Shown: piece by piece, positions 38,868-50,260 of the stretch | How the letters are laid out: each line of letters begins with the position of its first letter | Numbering within the stretch: position 1 is the stretch's first letter | Assembly: GCA_949358305.1 (NCBI GenBank) | Contig: OX442314.1 | Location: 23,622,001-23,686,000, forward strand | DNA: 64,000 nt | Direction of reading: 5' to 3' | DNA from: Strigamia acuminata | Taxonomy: Eukaryota | The notes under the pieces: generated by a model | The model's input: only the letters and a program-made list of their open reading frames with translations | Told to the model about the DNA's origin: nothing | The model's database searches: none | Made by a program: the position numbers and the translations under genes

Positions 38868-39172
38868 CCAGTGGAAGTAAATCCCATGGAAAGAAAATCC
38901 TGTGGAAATCCTGTGTTAATCCCGTTGAAATCCCATGGAAATTCCGTGGAAATAAATAATCCCTTGGAAATAAATCCCGTGGAAATCCCATGAAAATCAC
39001 TTGGAAATAAATCCCGTGGAAATCCCATGGAAATCCCTTGGAAATAAATCCCTTGGAAATAAATCCCGTGGAAATCACGTGCAAATAAATTTCGTGGAAA
39101 TCCCATGGAAACCCTTGCAAAGAAATCTCGTGGAAATCCCGTGAAAATAAATCCTGTACAAATCACGAATCC
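38868..39172. repeat. GGAAATCCC / GGAAATAAATCCC tandem array
   Basis: Many 11-15-bp units starting after CCAGTGGAA; a degenerate relative at about 3165-3300 ends in TTCCACTGG. Confidence 0.85.
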
Positions 39173-39188
39173 AAGGCGATCGCATATT

Positions 39189-39735
39189 GAATAACATTGG
39201 CGAAAAAAGTTTACCCGTTACCCGCCCGTTACCCGTCACCGAAACAATTTCGTACCCGTACCCGCCCGTACCCGGGCTATCCCGGAATTCCCCTACCCTA
39301 CCCTACCCGTACCCGCAATTACGTGTTCATTGTTCATGGCGGTGCGATTTTACAATGAACTACGGTAGGCTGATCAAAACATCATCATTTCAAATTTCTT
39401 AAATTTTTTAAATTTAATTTCATATTTTTTGTGTATATTAATTGAATGACATAAAAATAAACCAAATTGGTTAAATAAATCAATTTATTACGTTATTATT
39501 ATAAAACTAAACCAAAAAAACAGTATGAGTAAAAGTAAAGTAAGCTGCATAAACCATTTTTATATTTCAAAGTACATATTCACGATGTTAGCACCACGTT
39601 GCGAACGTACAAAAAACGTACCCGTACCCGACCCGTAACCGGGAGTCGCGGGAGATCTATAACCGTACCCGCCCGTACCCGTAGGGTACGGGCGGGTACG
39701 GTTACGGTTACGGGTACGGGTACCCGATGTTATTC
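39189..39735. mobile_element. non-autonomous TIR element with ACCCGT subterminal repeats (hAT-like)
   Basis: Short TIRs GAATAACAT / ATGTTATTC; dense TACCCG/CGGGTA repeats at both ends around an AT-rich core; no convincing TSD. Confidence 0.65.
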
Positions 39736-40267
39736 TCGGCATAATTTATTCGCCGAATTGCTATACCAGGTTTTCGAATCATTGAATAGGGCGCGAAGCT
39801 TGCAACAGATGGCGCTAAAACCAACGGCTGCCATATTGGTTTGAAAAAAGCACCTTTTTGCCTGTTACAGGTGTATATAAACCTGTTACAGGTATCAATC
39901 ATATATAAAAACACTCCCCTGTTTGAAATCTACGGTGTGTCCAAATTTCACACCAATCCGTGAAGAACTTTCAGAGATCTTAGGTCATTAACAAACGAAC
40001 ACTACATTTTTATTTATATAGATGAACAACTTTTGTTTATTTTCAACAGTAGATACTTTTTATATCTCCCATTATTGCACCAAACGGAAGGTGGTAACAA
40101 CGAGTATCAAATGTTTTCATTACCTTGAATGTGAGCCCCCTGCAGCAGATGAACATCCGTTTGTAAACAGACACATCCCAAAAATACATCACAATCAAAA
40201 CAAAAAGCGCCTTCCCCTACACGCATCCCAAAAAAAATCAAAAGAAAAAAAAAATGTCTTCACTTAC

Positions 40268-40371
40268 CATCACACATTCACATCTGACACAGTACATAAC
40301 ACCAAATGGATGACCCAAATCTGGATGCCAAGTATCTTCCAATTCATAAGTTTTACCGCCGAAATGGCATT
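40268..40371 (-). CDS. sog: sog/chordin exon: first half of CR1 (vWC) domain
   Basis: tttttcag|AA TGC CAT TTC GGC...GTG ATG|gtaagt; (E)[34 protein letters not shown]; 104 nt, phase 1 to 0. Not in the ORF track. Confidence 0.96.
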
Positions 40372-41370
40372 CTGAAAAATGAAACCACAATTTGTTAAAA
40401 ATAGATCCAAAAAAAAATATTAAAAAAAATAAAAATAAAAATAAAAATACATAAAAAAAAAAACACTTTTATAAAAATACAAAACTCATCAATTTATGAA
40501 ATTTAAAACACGCAGCCTTATAAAGCCTCCGACCTACAAGCAGAACAACTAAACTCTGCAGCACCCAAACAAAAACAAGTGTTTGGGGTTGATGAACTTT
40601 TTTTCGCCCACCTTTCAAAGCGCGCATCACAACAGCAATGAGTCAGCCACCATTATATATTTAACTCAAACCCGCGCAAATTTCACACTCGACTCTCTCC
40701 ACAAATTGAACCGCAATATAAATGGAATTCTGTAACATCATATCAATTTTTTTTTCTTCTCTTTCCCATTTTTTTCCTCCTGTTTTTAACTGCACTTCTC
40801 ATTTCACTAGCAACTCCCAACAGTGATTGTGCACACACTTGCGATGTTGGATAAGAGACCCCACTTTTCCCGCCATGCCCTGGGGGAAAATTGAGGTCAC
40901 AATCGCATAGAAAACTTGGCACTGTTGGTCGCAGATATTTCTCCCATGACGACGAAGCGCGTGCACTAAGGGAACAACTTTTATAACAACCCACATCACA
41001 CAATTCGTTGGGAAAGGGGTCATATATTGTTTAAAAAAAGAATGGATTTCTCGAGTTATTACTGCCATGTGATTATTCGCCCAGATAAATCAGGCTTGGT
41101 AATATATAAAGGCGGTTCTTGTGTCCACTTGCGTGATCCAAACCTTTTCCTCTCCCTTTTACTGTGAGGAATGAGTCCAGGTGGATCTCTGCTTTTTTTC
41201 GCCAAGGTTAAATCTGGAGCGCTGCCATTGGAATAGGATAGCACCCGAGTCAAAACACGGATTCATCAGACGCAAGGCTACAATTTTTCCAAATTTAACT
41301 CCACCGTAATTTTTTCCACCCTCAATTTATTATTATTTTATAAAACATACATTGGCTGCGTTCAAACTGC

Positions 41371-41637
41371 TTTGTTTATTTCTTAAAACTTTTTCCAGAC
41401 ACTAATTTAGTGACTTCCCCTGGTGTTTGTTTTTCCCGAAGTCCTCAGTATTCCGAACACAAGCATACGTACGTGATATGTGTCTTCAAAAAAATTAATT
41501 AATTAATTATCGTTAAAAAAGAGACACAAATCGCCGTTTTTTCCCGGAAAAATGGCGATTCATGCATTTATTTCTGATTTTCGAAAGATATGAATAAAAA
41601 TAGTTCCTATGCATTTATGCATTTATCCGGGCCTTAC
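41371..41637 (-). mobile_element. truncated reverse copy of the hAT-like element at 11191-11688
   Basis: Ends in atgcatttatccgggccttac; shares ttccagacactaatttagYgacttcccctggtgt and gacacaaatcgccgtttttt. Confidence 0.8.
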
Positions 41638-44600
41638 ATCTGTAACACATTGAGACAAAAAATACCGGTCTGCTGCCGTACATAGTTTAAGAAGCGCTGC
41701 TTTAAGTATTTGCTTAACAAATCTGAACGCACCTAACATTTTGTTATATTTTGTTATTGATTTTGCTAAGTCGCAAAATCACACAGTGTCACGTCCAAAC
41801 ACGCAGTGAAGTGCAACAGTCAACGATACAACAGTACTTGGATTGTACTTTGCATAAACCTCTGCATTGAACCAGCATCCGCATCTGTTGTGCGGGCGTG
41901 CAAATCGCGTGTTACAATCCACATGGCAAATGCACAGCGTTTTCACAAGTGTGAACCAGCCTTTAAATGGTACAATTTCATGGAAAAGATGTCGCCCTCG
42001 CTGCCATTGGATATTAACTGTCCCTTGGTTATGCTAGGAGCTTTTAGTGCACAGCGTGGTAAGTCATTTCGGAAGTCTGGAGTATGCAAGTTTGCGATAT
42101 GCATAGGTGCTAGCTGTATTGCCAGAAAATGTCACTCAAACTGCAAAGCATATTTACAAAAAAAATTGTTTTAAACTTTGGTTTCATTAATATTGTAAAC
42201 TATTTGGACGATCATCATAAATGGATGCAATTTGTCTTTTTAAAATTTCTTTTTCCATTGATTGATCAAAACTTTCCACTTAAGAAACTAAATGTACAGT
42301 TGGAATAAGTAACGAGCAAAGCAATTGGACTGGGCACATTATATTTTCAAAAATAACCGGCCGTTACAAATCATAAATCGAAAACGCGTGATAAAGGGGG
42401 AAAAAGATCATTGTGCACAGCCAACAGTCAATTTATATTTATGCCAATTGACAGGCGACCTTTTCCATCATTCAAAAGGGGAAATGCGACTTGATAATAC
42501 ACTTTAGTTTATTGATTTCTCATATTCATCACTCAACAATAAGAGTGTAGAAAAGAAAGCGGTTAAAATTGAGCAATTTGAATTGACGTTGAAATTAAGC
42601 TTCCTTGCAAAGATGCACAACTTAATCGCCCCGTAAACACGCAAAAAAGCCTCGTTTACACACCGAACAACAAAAATCGCTTAAACCAATAATCTTGATC
42701 AAAACGTTTCTGCTGTTTTTCGTGTTTCTATAAACAAAAGGGTAACCAAAAACAGCCATAAACCATCAAAAACTGCAAAAAAAAAAAGAAATCACAACTA
42801 GAGTTGTTTTCAAAGCAATACATGCAACCTGGTATGGGTTTTTACAACTAAACTCAAAATGGCTGCCAGCAGCGCCGGATTCTTGAAACACCGATTCTCA
42901 TAATCCACGTGTGGGGTGGATTCTAAGGTGCAATCCCTTGTTGTTTGGCGAGCCCCAGTGCCTTTAATCGCTTTATTTCAGCGATTTCTACAGTAGTTGC
43001 AAGTTTTGTACAAGGGATTGCTTCAAAATAAGAAAATAGCAAGTAATACAATTCAAAAATGGCAGAAAATTGATGACATATTCACTGATTAACTAATCAG
43101 ACAAAGCCATGTTATGTGATATTAATTTTATTCATTTTTTTGCATCAAACCTAAAATATTCTATACTTATGTCACTCCCATTTTTATGTAAAATCACTGC
43201 CAAATTTATTTTTCTACAAAACTTATAAACTTGTTAACTTTAAATGAATTCTAATGCCAAAATACATTTATTAAAAAATTGATTTGATTCCAGATGAAGC
43301 GCAAAAAGAAATATTTCAAAAAAACTGATTATTCTACACTTATGGCGCGCACCTTATAATCAAGTTTTTAGAATCGGATTTTGGAAATTTGGAATTGAAT
43401 GCACCTAATGTCTTTTTTCACATTTTATATTCACAATACACAATTTACATAAACTACTCTAATGCCCTTTTCAAAGAAGACAATCACAAAAATTGTAACA
43501 TTCAATAAAACAACGTCAAATTACAATGCAAAAATTATTCTTAAAGCTATAAAACAGAAAGGCCCCGAGCTGTAGCTTATGTGGCTTCATGGTAAGTCAG
43601 GCGCTGGCTGCCAAACAAGTTAGATAGAAGATCGAATTTACAATTCTTCTAATGCTCGCAGGTGAAGCATTCGCCACAATAAAACGCGAGTAAAAGAATA
43701 ATTGTGTCGAAAGAAGTGCACCACGATTTGTTCATTGTGTGAAAATGAAGGAATTTTATTTGCCACTTACTCGTAAAAACCAAAAAACTAAATTACCTCA
43801 CACAAGTTTCCGTCCTGTTTTCGCCGCTCCCATGAACACCAAAAAGCACATCAGCACAAACCTGAATGCACCTAGTGATTAATTTTTTATGGACAATTTG
43901 ATTTAATGCGCATCACTCGAGATAACTCATCAAGTTACCTCATCCCAGTCGAAAATAGAACATTACTTAATCTCGTCTTCGTCTGTTAGCAGCCAAGTTT
44001 CCACGAGGAAAACAAAAAGGTGCTAAAAACTCTTGTCGGCTTTGAAATAGCAAGTAGTCGCGTCAATAACAGCGTGCAGCTGTATTTGTTTAGCAACTAC
44101 AACAATTTGACATTGTAACAAGTAGCTTCTATTAATATAGCTCGGATTACGTCATGCACGGCTGCAGATTATCTCTGCCAGCAATTTGTCATGGAATTAA
44201 TTAGGCAGGAAAGATAATAGAATAATTTATTTTTTCCTCTACTTTCTCCTCGATGATGGAATGTTTTTAAAGTTGATGATGGTTCGTTTTGTATTCATTA
44301 CAGTAAGAAAATGCAATTCTTTTTTAGTTTAGCCGAAAAGAGGATAATGGAATCGATACGTAGAATTTTAAAAAGTGCGGATAATGGAATTGAAGGGTAG
44401 GTTTTACAAAGAAACTGTTGATGCAGAGGAGAATACAAATAGGAAGTTCGGCAGTGAAGTTTTTAATAGAATGTTTAAAGATTAAAGGCTCGTAAAGAGA
44501 TTAGGAGTGAATGGAAGAAAAATGGAGCATTTGTGAGCATATCGACGGGTTATTAATATTTTACGTATTTATTCTACTGTTGTTGCCTTCAATGTCAATT

Positions 44601-44952
44601 AAGCGTCCATCAATCTGCTAATTTCCAGTTTGTGATGATAGCGTGCAAGTTATTAGATTAGTTCGCCATGTGAAGCTAAAATTACATGTCACCGCAGCCA
44701 CTTCCGGTTGATTTGTTTCGGCCCAGATGCGTATCGATTGCTGCATCCGAGCCGGCCTTTTATTTAGCTCAAAGTAAGATTCGATTTCAATCATTAATTA
44801 TTAGATACCGCACATTTATTTCATCACTTGTTAATGTTAATAATCAAAAGTGTAATAATGTATGGAATTTGCATCTGTTGTCATACCAACTGATCATCGG
44901 GCCCCCGGCGAAAATGGATCCGTGATAAAATTGAGAAAATATTAATTTTTTG

Positions 44953-45178
44953 AAAAATAAATTTCTAGAAAATTTGAATTTTTAAAAAAATAAATTTCTA
45001 GAAAATTTGAATTTTTTTAAAAAATAAATTTCTAAAAAAATTGAATTTTTAAAAAATACATTTCTAGAAAATTTGAATTTTTTAAAAAATACATTTCTAG
45101 AAAATTTGAATTTTTTTAAAAATAAATTTCTAGAAAATTTGAATTTTTTTAAAAATACATTTCTAGAAAATTTAAATT
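44953..45178. repeat. about 33-bp tandem repeat (AAAAATAAATTTCTAGAAAATTTGAATTTTTT)
   Basis: Seven units, six of which retain TTCTAGAA. Confidence 0.9.
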
Positions 45179-45946
45179 CAGATGCGCGTTAGGAGCATTC
45201 AATAATTAAGTTATTTATTTCACTCATTTCTATTTATTTAAACAAGCGTCAAGAATTTGCTTAAACAAACTGGACGTATCTTTTGTTTGAACAAATCTAA
45301 AATTTTTAGCTTTTTACCATAAATTATTTTCGGGGCTCTCAGCGCCTTATTCGACGTGCATTTACAGGCAGCAAAAATTGGGGAAGCAACTTTAAGCCTG
45401 TAAAGTGCAGCTAAAGTTGAACTAATGGGTTGAGATTTCCAGGCTACTATCGAAAGTGAAATGTTTGAGTGAAAGTGACCTATTTAATTTCTACTTTTTT
45501 TTTTTTAAATTAGGCAAAACAAATGTTTTGGCATTAGACCCTTGTTTTCCATTGAATACGTTTGAAATTGCGTCAACGTTTATCACTCTTGACAAATTGA
45601 CGCCTAACGGGTTGCATCTGCACTACCAATATCCAGCACTCAAGGTCACAATTTACTCCATTTATTCTGAACTTGTGCCAGTAGAACTCGCGCACCAAGT
45701 TAATTAAATCCAAGTTTAAAAACATTAGAAAAAACATACTGCACCTCTAAATATTACAAAAAAACATTCAAGTTGTAAAAAAAAAACCAGTGTTCACTGA
45801 ACTATTATATTTATACAATCACTCAATCACCAAATGTTGCAAATGAATGATATTAAAGAAGTTAACAATTGCAATATGTTAAGATACTTAAAAATTCAGT
45901 TAATCAGCTTACAAAGGATTAATTATCCTTGAAAGGGTATAATTTG

Positions 45947-45977
<31 letters not shown>

Positions 45978-47383
45978 TTGTAATTTTCCTCTAAAAATTT
46001 TAAAGTTAGAAATCATTTTTAGTAAAATAAGATTGTACCAAAACGCAATCCTTCAACAGAAATTCTTCCTGTGCTTCCGCCAATGCCAGGCGAGAATTTC
46101 GATTAAAGGTGAATTTATTCGGTCGGATTTAAATAGAAGAAAATGCCAAACAAAACCAACTTTTTAATATCTGGTACAAATGATACAAGATTTCCAAAAA
46201 TTGTAATAATCTTTACATTTTTGATTATTATTATTATTTCGTATTTTGTACTGTGATGCTTCACTGCAAGCAACAAAATTGTTTTATGTAAATACAAAAT
46301 TGCGTCACAGATGGTGTTAAATCAATAAGTGCGTTCAATTTGTAAAAGAAGAAGTCCCCCATTCACTTTTTTGTTCTTTTTCCACGAGTCACTTATGAAT
46401 GAACGCATTTTTTTGACAACCGAATGCGCATTGGTAACTTTGACCACTGATCCAACTCGAAAAAAGAAACGGCTGCACTCGCTCAATGCATGAATCACTT
46501 CTACAAGAAAAAAATTGAGAGGTCAATTGTTACCTCATGTATACAAGTAAGTGATTGCGAGTTATAAAAAATCATGTAATAACCTTACAACTGTAGTATA
46601 AATTCATACGAAATTTTAATAAATTTGTGTATTTGCGTTATATTGTAAAAGTGAGTTAGAAACTGAATGTGTGTTAGCTACAGCACAATGTCTTATGCAA
46701 ATCAATCAACCACTCAGACTAAAAAGATTTCTTCAGTGGTGATCATGCTAGCTGCAGTTCAATCTTAGGATTAATTTAAACATAAACTAGCATACGTTAC
46801 GCTAGGTGATGTTTAAATTAAACCTAAGATTGATGAGATATGAATTTTATTAAACTCAGAGTGACAAAATAGGTCAGGGCGCAGATTAGCTGCCTAATTT
46901 CATAAAATAGTTACAATTCAGGCTTACTTATAATTATATCCTGTTATAATAGTATCATTATAACCCACAAGAAACCTTCTGCAAACTATATATATATATA
47001 GCTGTTACACAAAAGTTTCCCTTTGTTTAGTCAATATTCCAAAGCAAATAATATTCCACATCATAATCCCGCAGCTTCCAGTCAACGAGCAAGTCTTTTG
47101 TTTGACCTACATTTGAGTAGGAGCATGCAAAAATACATATTGAAGATGAAATATGAAAGAATAATAATCTTCAACTGGCGAATCAGGAAATGAAGAATGA
47201 AAACCCATAGATGGCCTTAGAACAGAATCAAAACTGTACATCAATGTCAACTCTGAGATAGCTTCAGAGATATCAATATAAATCATCAATACTAGAAGTA
47301 GAAACATTACATTTGTATAACGTTACAAGCACGATACGTACATAACTTTAATTATTGCAAAATCTGTATTTCCTAAGTACAGA

Positions 47384-47619
47384 TACCGTATTTTACCGAT
47401 TAAGAGTCGCCTTCGAATAGTAGCCGCGGCGGAAACACCAAGAATACCGTATTTTTGCAAAAGTACGGTAATGTTTCCGTATTTAACCTCACAAACGATG
47501 AACGTACGCTTCGTTCGTGACGTTCAGACTACGTTTGTTCCATTAAACAAATGTAACAAACGAAAAACCAAAATTGTAATTGCTGACAAAAATGGCAGTT
47601 TTATCGATAAAATACGGTA
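47384..47619. mobile_element. Tc2/pogo-like MITE family A, copy 2
   Basis: TA|CCGTATTTTACCGAT ... ATCGATAAAATACGG|TA; internal sequence homologous to 19099-19373. Confidence 0.88.
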
Positions 47620-47869
47620 TACATTTTGTTACAATAGCAATAATCTGCTCTCCTGGCTTATAATAAGTTGGACCAAAGTATAATTCCACGTGATCAATAA
47701 TACATTTTATATTTTCTTTCCAAAAACTATTGGCTGTTAGAAACCCTTCTTGATACATTGCCATAACAGAATAAAAAAAATTAATTCTGGCTATTGATTT
47801 AGACCCTGGAGAAAAAAGTGCACTTTCTGCCTAAAAATTATTCCTTCAGGCTAAGTTTAGAGCCCTGCC

Positions 47870-48225
47870 TCAGGCTGCGAACTTGGTGATTAGTGGGTGA
47901 TGCTTGACGATTTCATTAAGCGATGGGGAGGTGTCTGTCAGGTCGACGACCTGAAACTCAGTCTTATTAATGACACTGATGTAACAATGCATCACTTGTG
48001 CCTTATGATGAGATCGTTCAAGCAATGTATCGTTTATTCTGTGCAACACGAGTTTATGTGCGTTATAAAAATCTTTTGTCACTTTTAAGTGCAAAATTGA
48101 TGCTTTTACTGCAGAAAAAAAAGAGTGGTGTGATTTTCTGTGATAACCTCTTATCATCAACCTTGGAGTTAAGTTTCCTGGAAAAATATTTCACTTTTCA
48201 ACATCTTAATCACGTCTTGGCCAGG
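47870..48225 (-). pseudogene. possible decayed DNA-transposase fragment
   Basis: Minus-strand peptide ...VTKDFYNAHKLVLHRINDTLLERSHHKAQVMHCYISVINKTEFQVVDL loosely resembles transposase C-termini; no catalytic motif is recognisable. Confidence 0.25.
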
Positions 48226-49559
48226 TAATTTATAAATAGAATTTCTTCATAAAGAAAATTATTACAATGTTGAAATGCTCTAAATGCATTAAATTAGTTA
48301 CGCAAAATTTACTTAAAAGATTTAAGTTTTCTAATATTTTCTACTGCGTGTTATTTTCCTTTATTTGCCATAATTTTTTTTATATTTAATAAAAATGACG
48401 TCATTTGCACATGATTTCACCCTTGCTGCACGTTTCATTTAAGATCATTCAATAATAAATCACTTATTGCAATTATATTGTAGTCCTTTAAGCAAAATTC
48501 AAGTATTTTCTGCCTATTAGTATTTATTTATTTGCTTTTATTTTCGCCATCACAGTCGTAACTTTTTCTAGATAATAAACCAATTTTTTTGTCCTAAAAA
48601 CAATTTTCCTGGCATTTATGAGTCACAATTCAAGTTTCCGATTGCTAGATAACCTTTCAAAGTCCCTTCTTGTAACTCAAACTAAAAATCTCGCTCGCCG
48701 TATTCGAAAAGTCATTTTTCGATCACACCACAACTTTTGAATGCAACAATGCGGTTTTATCAGGCTGTTGATTAGCAAAAGATAGTCAATTGGGCCTAAT
48801 TGAATTATTAGCGAACGGCCAAGTGCCAGATACCCCGCACTAACTTCCCCTTTGCTTGCTATTCCGCCCACTATTGGTTATATGTAGAAGCAACACTTTA
48901 GCAAATTAATTCCGCGCTGCAAAGTGCAATTTCTTTTCCACAATTCAGCACATCAAGTAGCTTTTATGAGCTTCTCTCGAAAGAAAGTTCAAATATGTTC
49001 ACTAATAATAATTAGACTAATGGAACCGCATACCATATGTTTTTAAGATGACTTCCCAAGTAAAACTTTGCTTCATGTTGGGGACTCAGTTTTATGAAGT
49101 TGTAAATAGTTGCATTTTTTCCTCCTATTAATTACAGCTTTAAAGAGATAAACTCATTCTATTTTGCAGCAGATAATAATTTTTTTTTTAATTAGTGTCA
49201 ACTGTTGTGGTTATGAAATGGTAATGATATGGAACCCAGCTTCAGCAGTCAGTAAAGGGCTAAACACCTCAGTTATTTAATTAGTTTTACATTCTAGTTA
49301 TTAAAGTTTTTAATAAAAACTTGTGCAAGAATGAGGATGACCCATAAAACACTCGTGTGCTTACCATCACCACTAGTCTGGATATTTATTGTCAAGAATT
49401 TCTAGAATTTGGGCTTGAAATAAAAATACAAATTACTTTTCCCATGAAAACAATTTCAAGACTCCGTCAAGGAAAATTGATCTTGATACAATTTTATCCA
49501 CAAAAAAAAATTGTCATTCAATTTTTTTGAGACTACATTCGTACGCACGATGTCGCAAT

Positions 49560-50260
49560 TACTAATACTCGACGTCGCATCTGTACATATTGTAGTTTCA
49601 ACCCCAACGGCAGCAACAATCCTCTTAAAGAATACACCATCCCCAATTGTTTTGCCATATGACAAACTCGGTGCATGTATCGGACATTGTTGGAAACACT
49701 AAACGGTGCCTCTTGCTCATCATGGGCTCCATGATTGTAACACTTTCCTCAATGGCTGCCACGGACGAAAAAATATTGGTTAAACTCTCTGAGGGTTCCT
49801 CCTCTGCCTTCTTCTTCATGGCGGTGGCGACCTTACAATTAGCAAGTGCACTAGATGCATCCTCATGAGCCAAGTTACGAAGTGTAGTCAAGTTTGCCAT
49901 CGATGTTTCCGAATGGCACATCGCTCTGTCAGTGCAAGTTGTGCCGATGCACAGTAAATACATCTTGGTGAGCCTGTGTGCATCATTGATCACAAATAAC
50001 TTTGACCCCTTTCGAAAACCTTCAACTATTGTTGCTTGCATGACTGCTGTGTGAATGTGAATGTGAAGGTGTGAATGTGTCCTTATATACATGCAAGCAT
50101 AGCGGAACATCGCGCGTACAAATAATGCCACTTTGCTGCCTATTTCCTAGTTGCGACTTCAGTGTAAAGGCTCGTATACATTGTTGCAAAATTTAGCACG
50201 CGAAATAGTCGCGCCCAAAAATTCACATTCATTTTTTTTTGTCTGGGATAGGCAGCAAAC
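49560..50260 (-). mobile_element. decayed Mutator-like (MULE) element with FLYWCH-like N-terminus
   Basis: MQATIVEGFRKGSKLFVIND...MYLLC...CTDRA...; frameshifted continuation SYGKTIGDGVFFK; 12-bp inverted pair TTTGCTGCCTAT (50132) / ATAGGCAGCAAA (50248) upstream; no DDE domain seen. Confidence 0.6.

Larger units (their letters stand above)
38845..40022 (-). mobile_element. Helitron-like non-autonomous element with nested insertions
   Basis: On the minus strand the 5' end reads A|TCTATATAAATAAAAATGTAGTGTTCGTTTG and a possible 3' end reads GCCACAGCTAG|T (AT target). No subterminal hairpin is evident, so the pairing of the two ends is uncertain. Confidence 0.5.
504..40371 (-). other. sog: short gastrulation/chordin gene, partial span (15 coding exons; 5' and 3' ends outside the traced region)
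   Basis: Spliced translation gives CR1 ([52 protein letters not shown]...PGQCCKLC), CHRD stem motifs (EFAALLTG, ICGVWRKIP, ETFSALL, ANGT, LAWIHVDAACKLSY) and CR2 (KCFYEGKFFEDGSQW...ECCPSC). All introns are GT-AG and phases are consistent. Confidence 0.96.

Noticed and set aside
38795..39844. Repetitive ORFs (FPRDFHGIS, TRTRPVTG) and the similar MEKIKIS and LKIHYFR ORFs elsewhere
   Set aside because: They are translations of tandem repeats.
40743..41068. ORFs just upstream of the first CR1 exon
   Set aside because: No signal peptide, usable donor or homology; the region may be regulatory but I cannot support a call.
43797..43861. Minus-strand cag...gtaatt segment with hydrophobic reading FVLMCFLVFMGAAK
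   Set aside because: That frame hits TGA before the donor, and the open frame ends in phase 2.
47107..47307. Minus ORF MFLLLVLMIYIDISEA... as the missing signal-peptide exon
   Set aside because: The available donor (AT|gtaggt) is phase 2 while the CR1 exon needs phase 1, and the peptide shows no resemblance to Sog N-termini.
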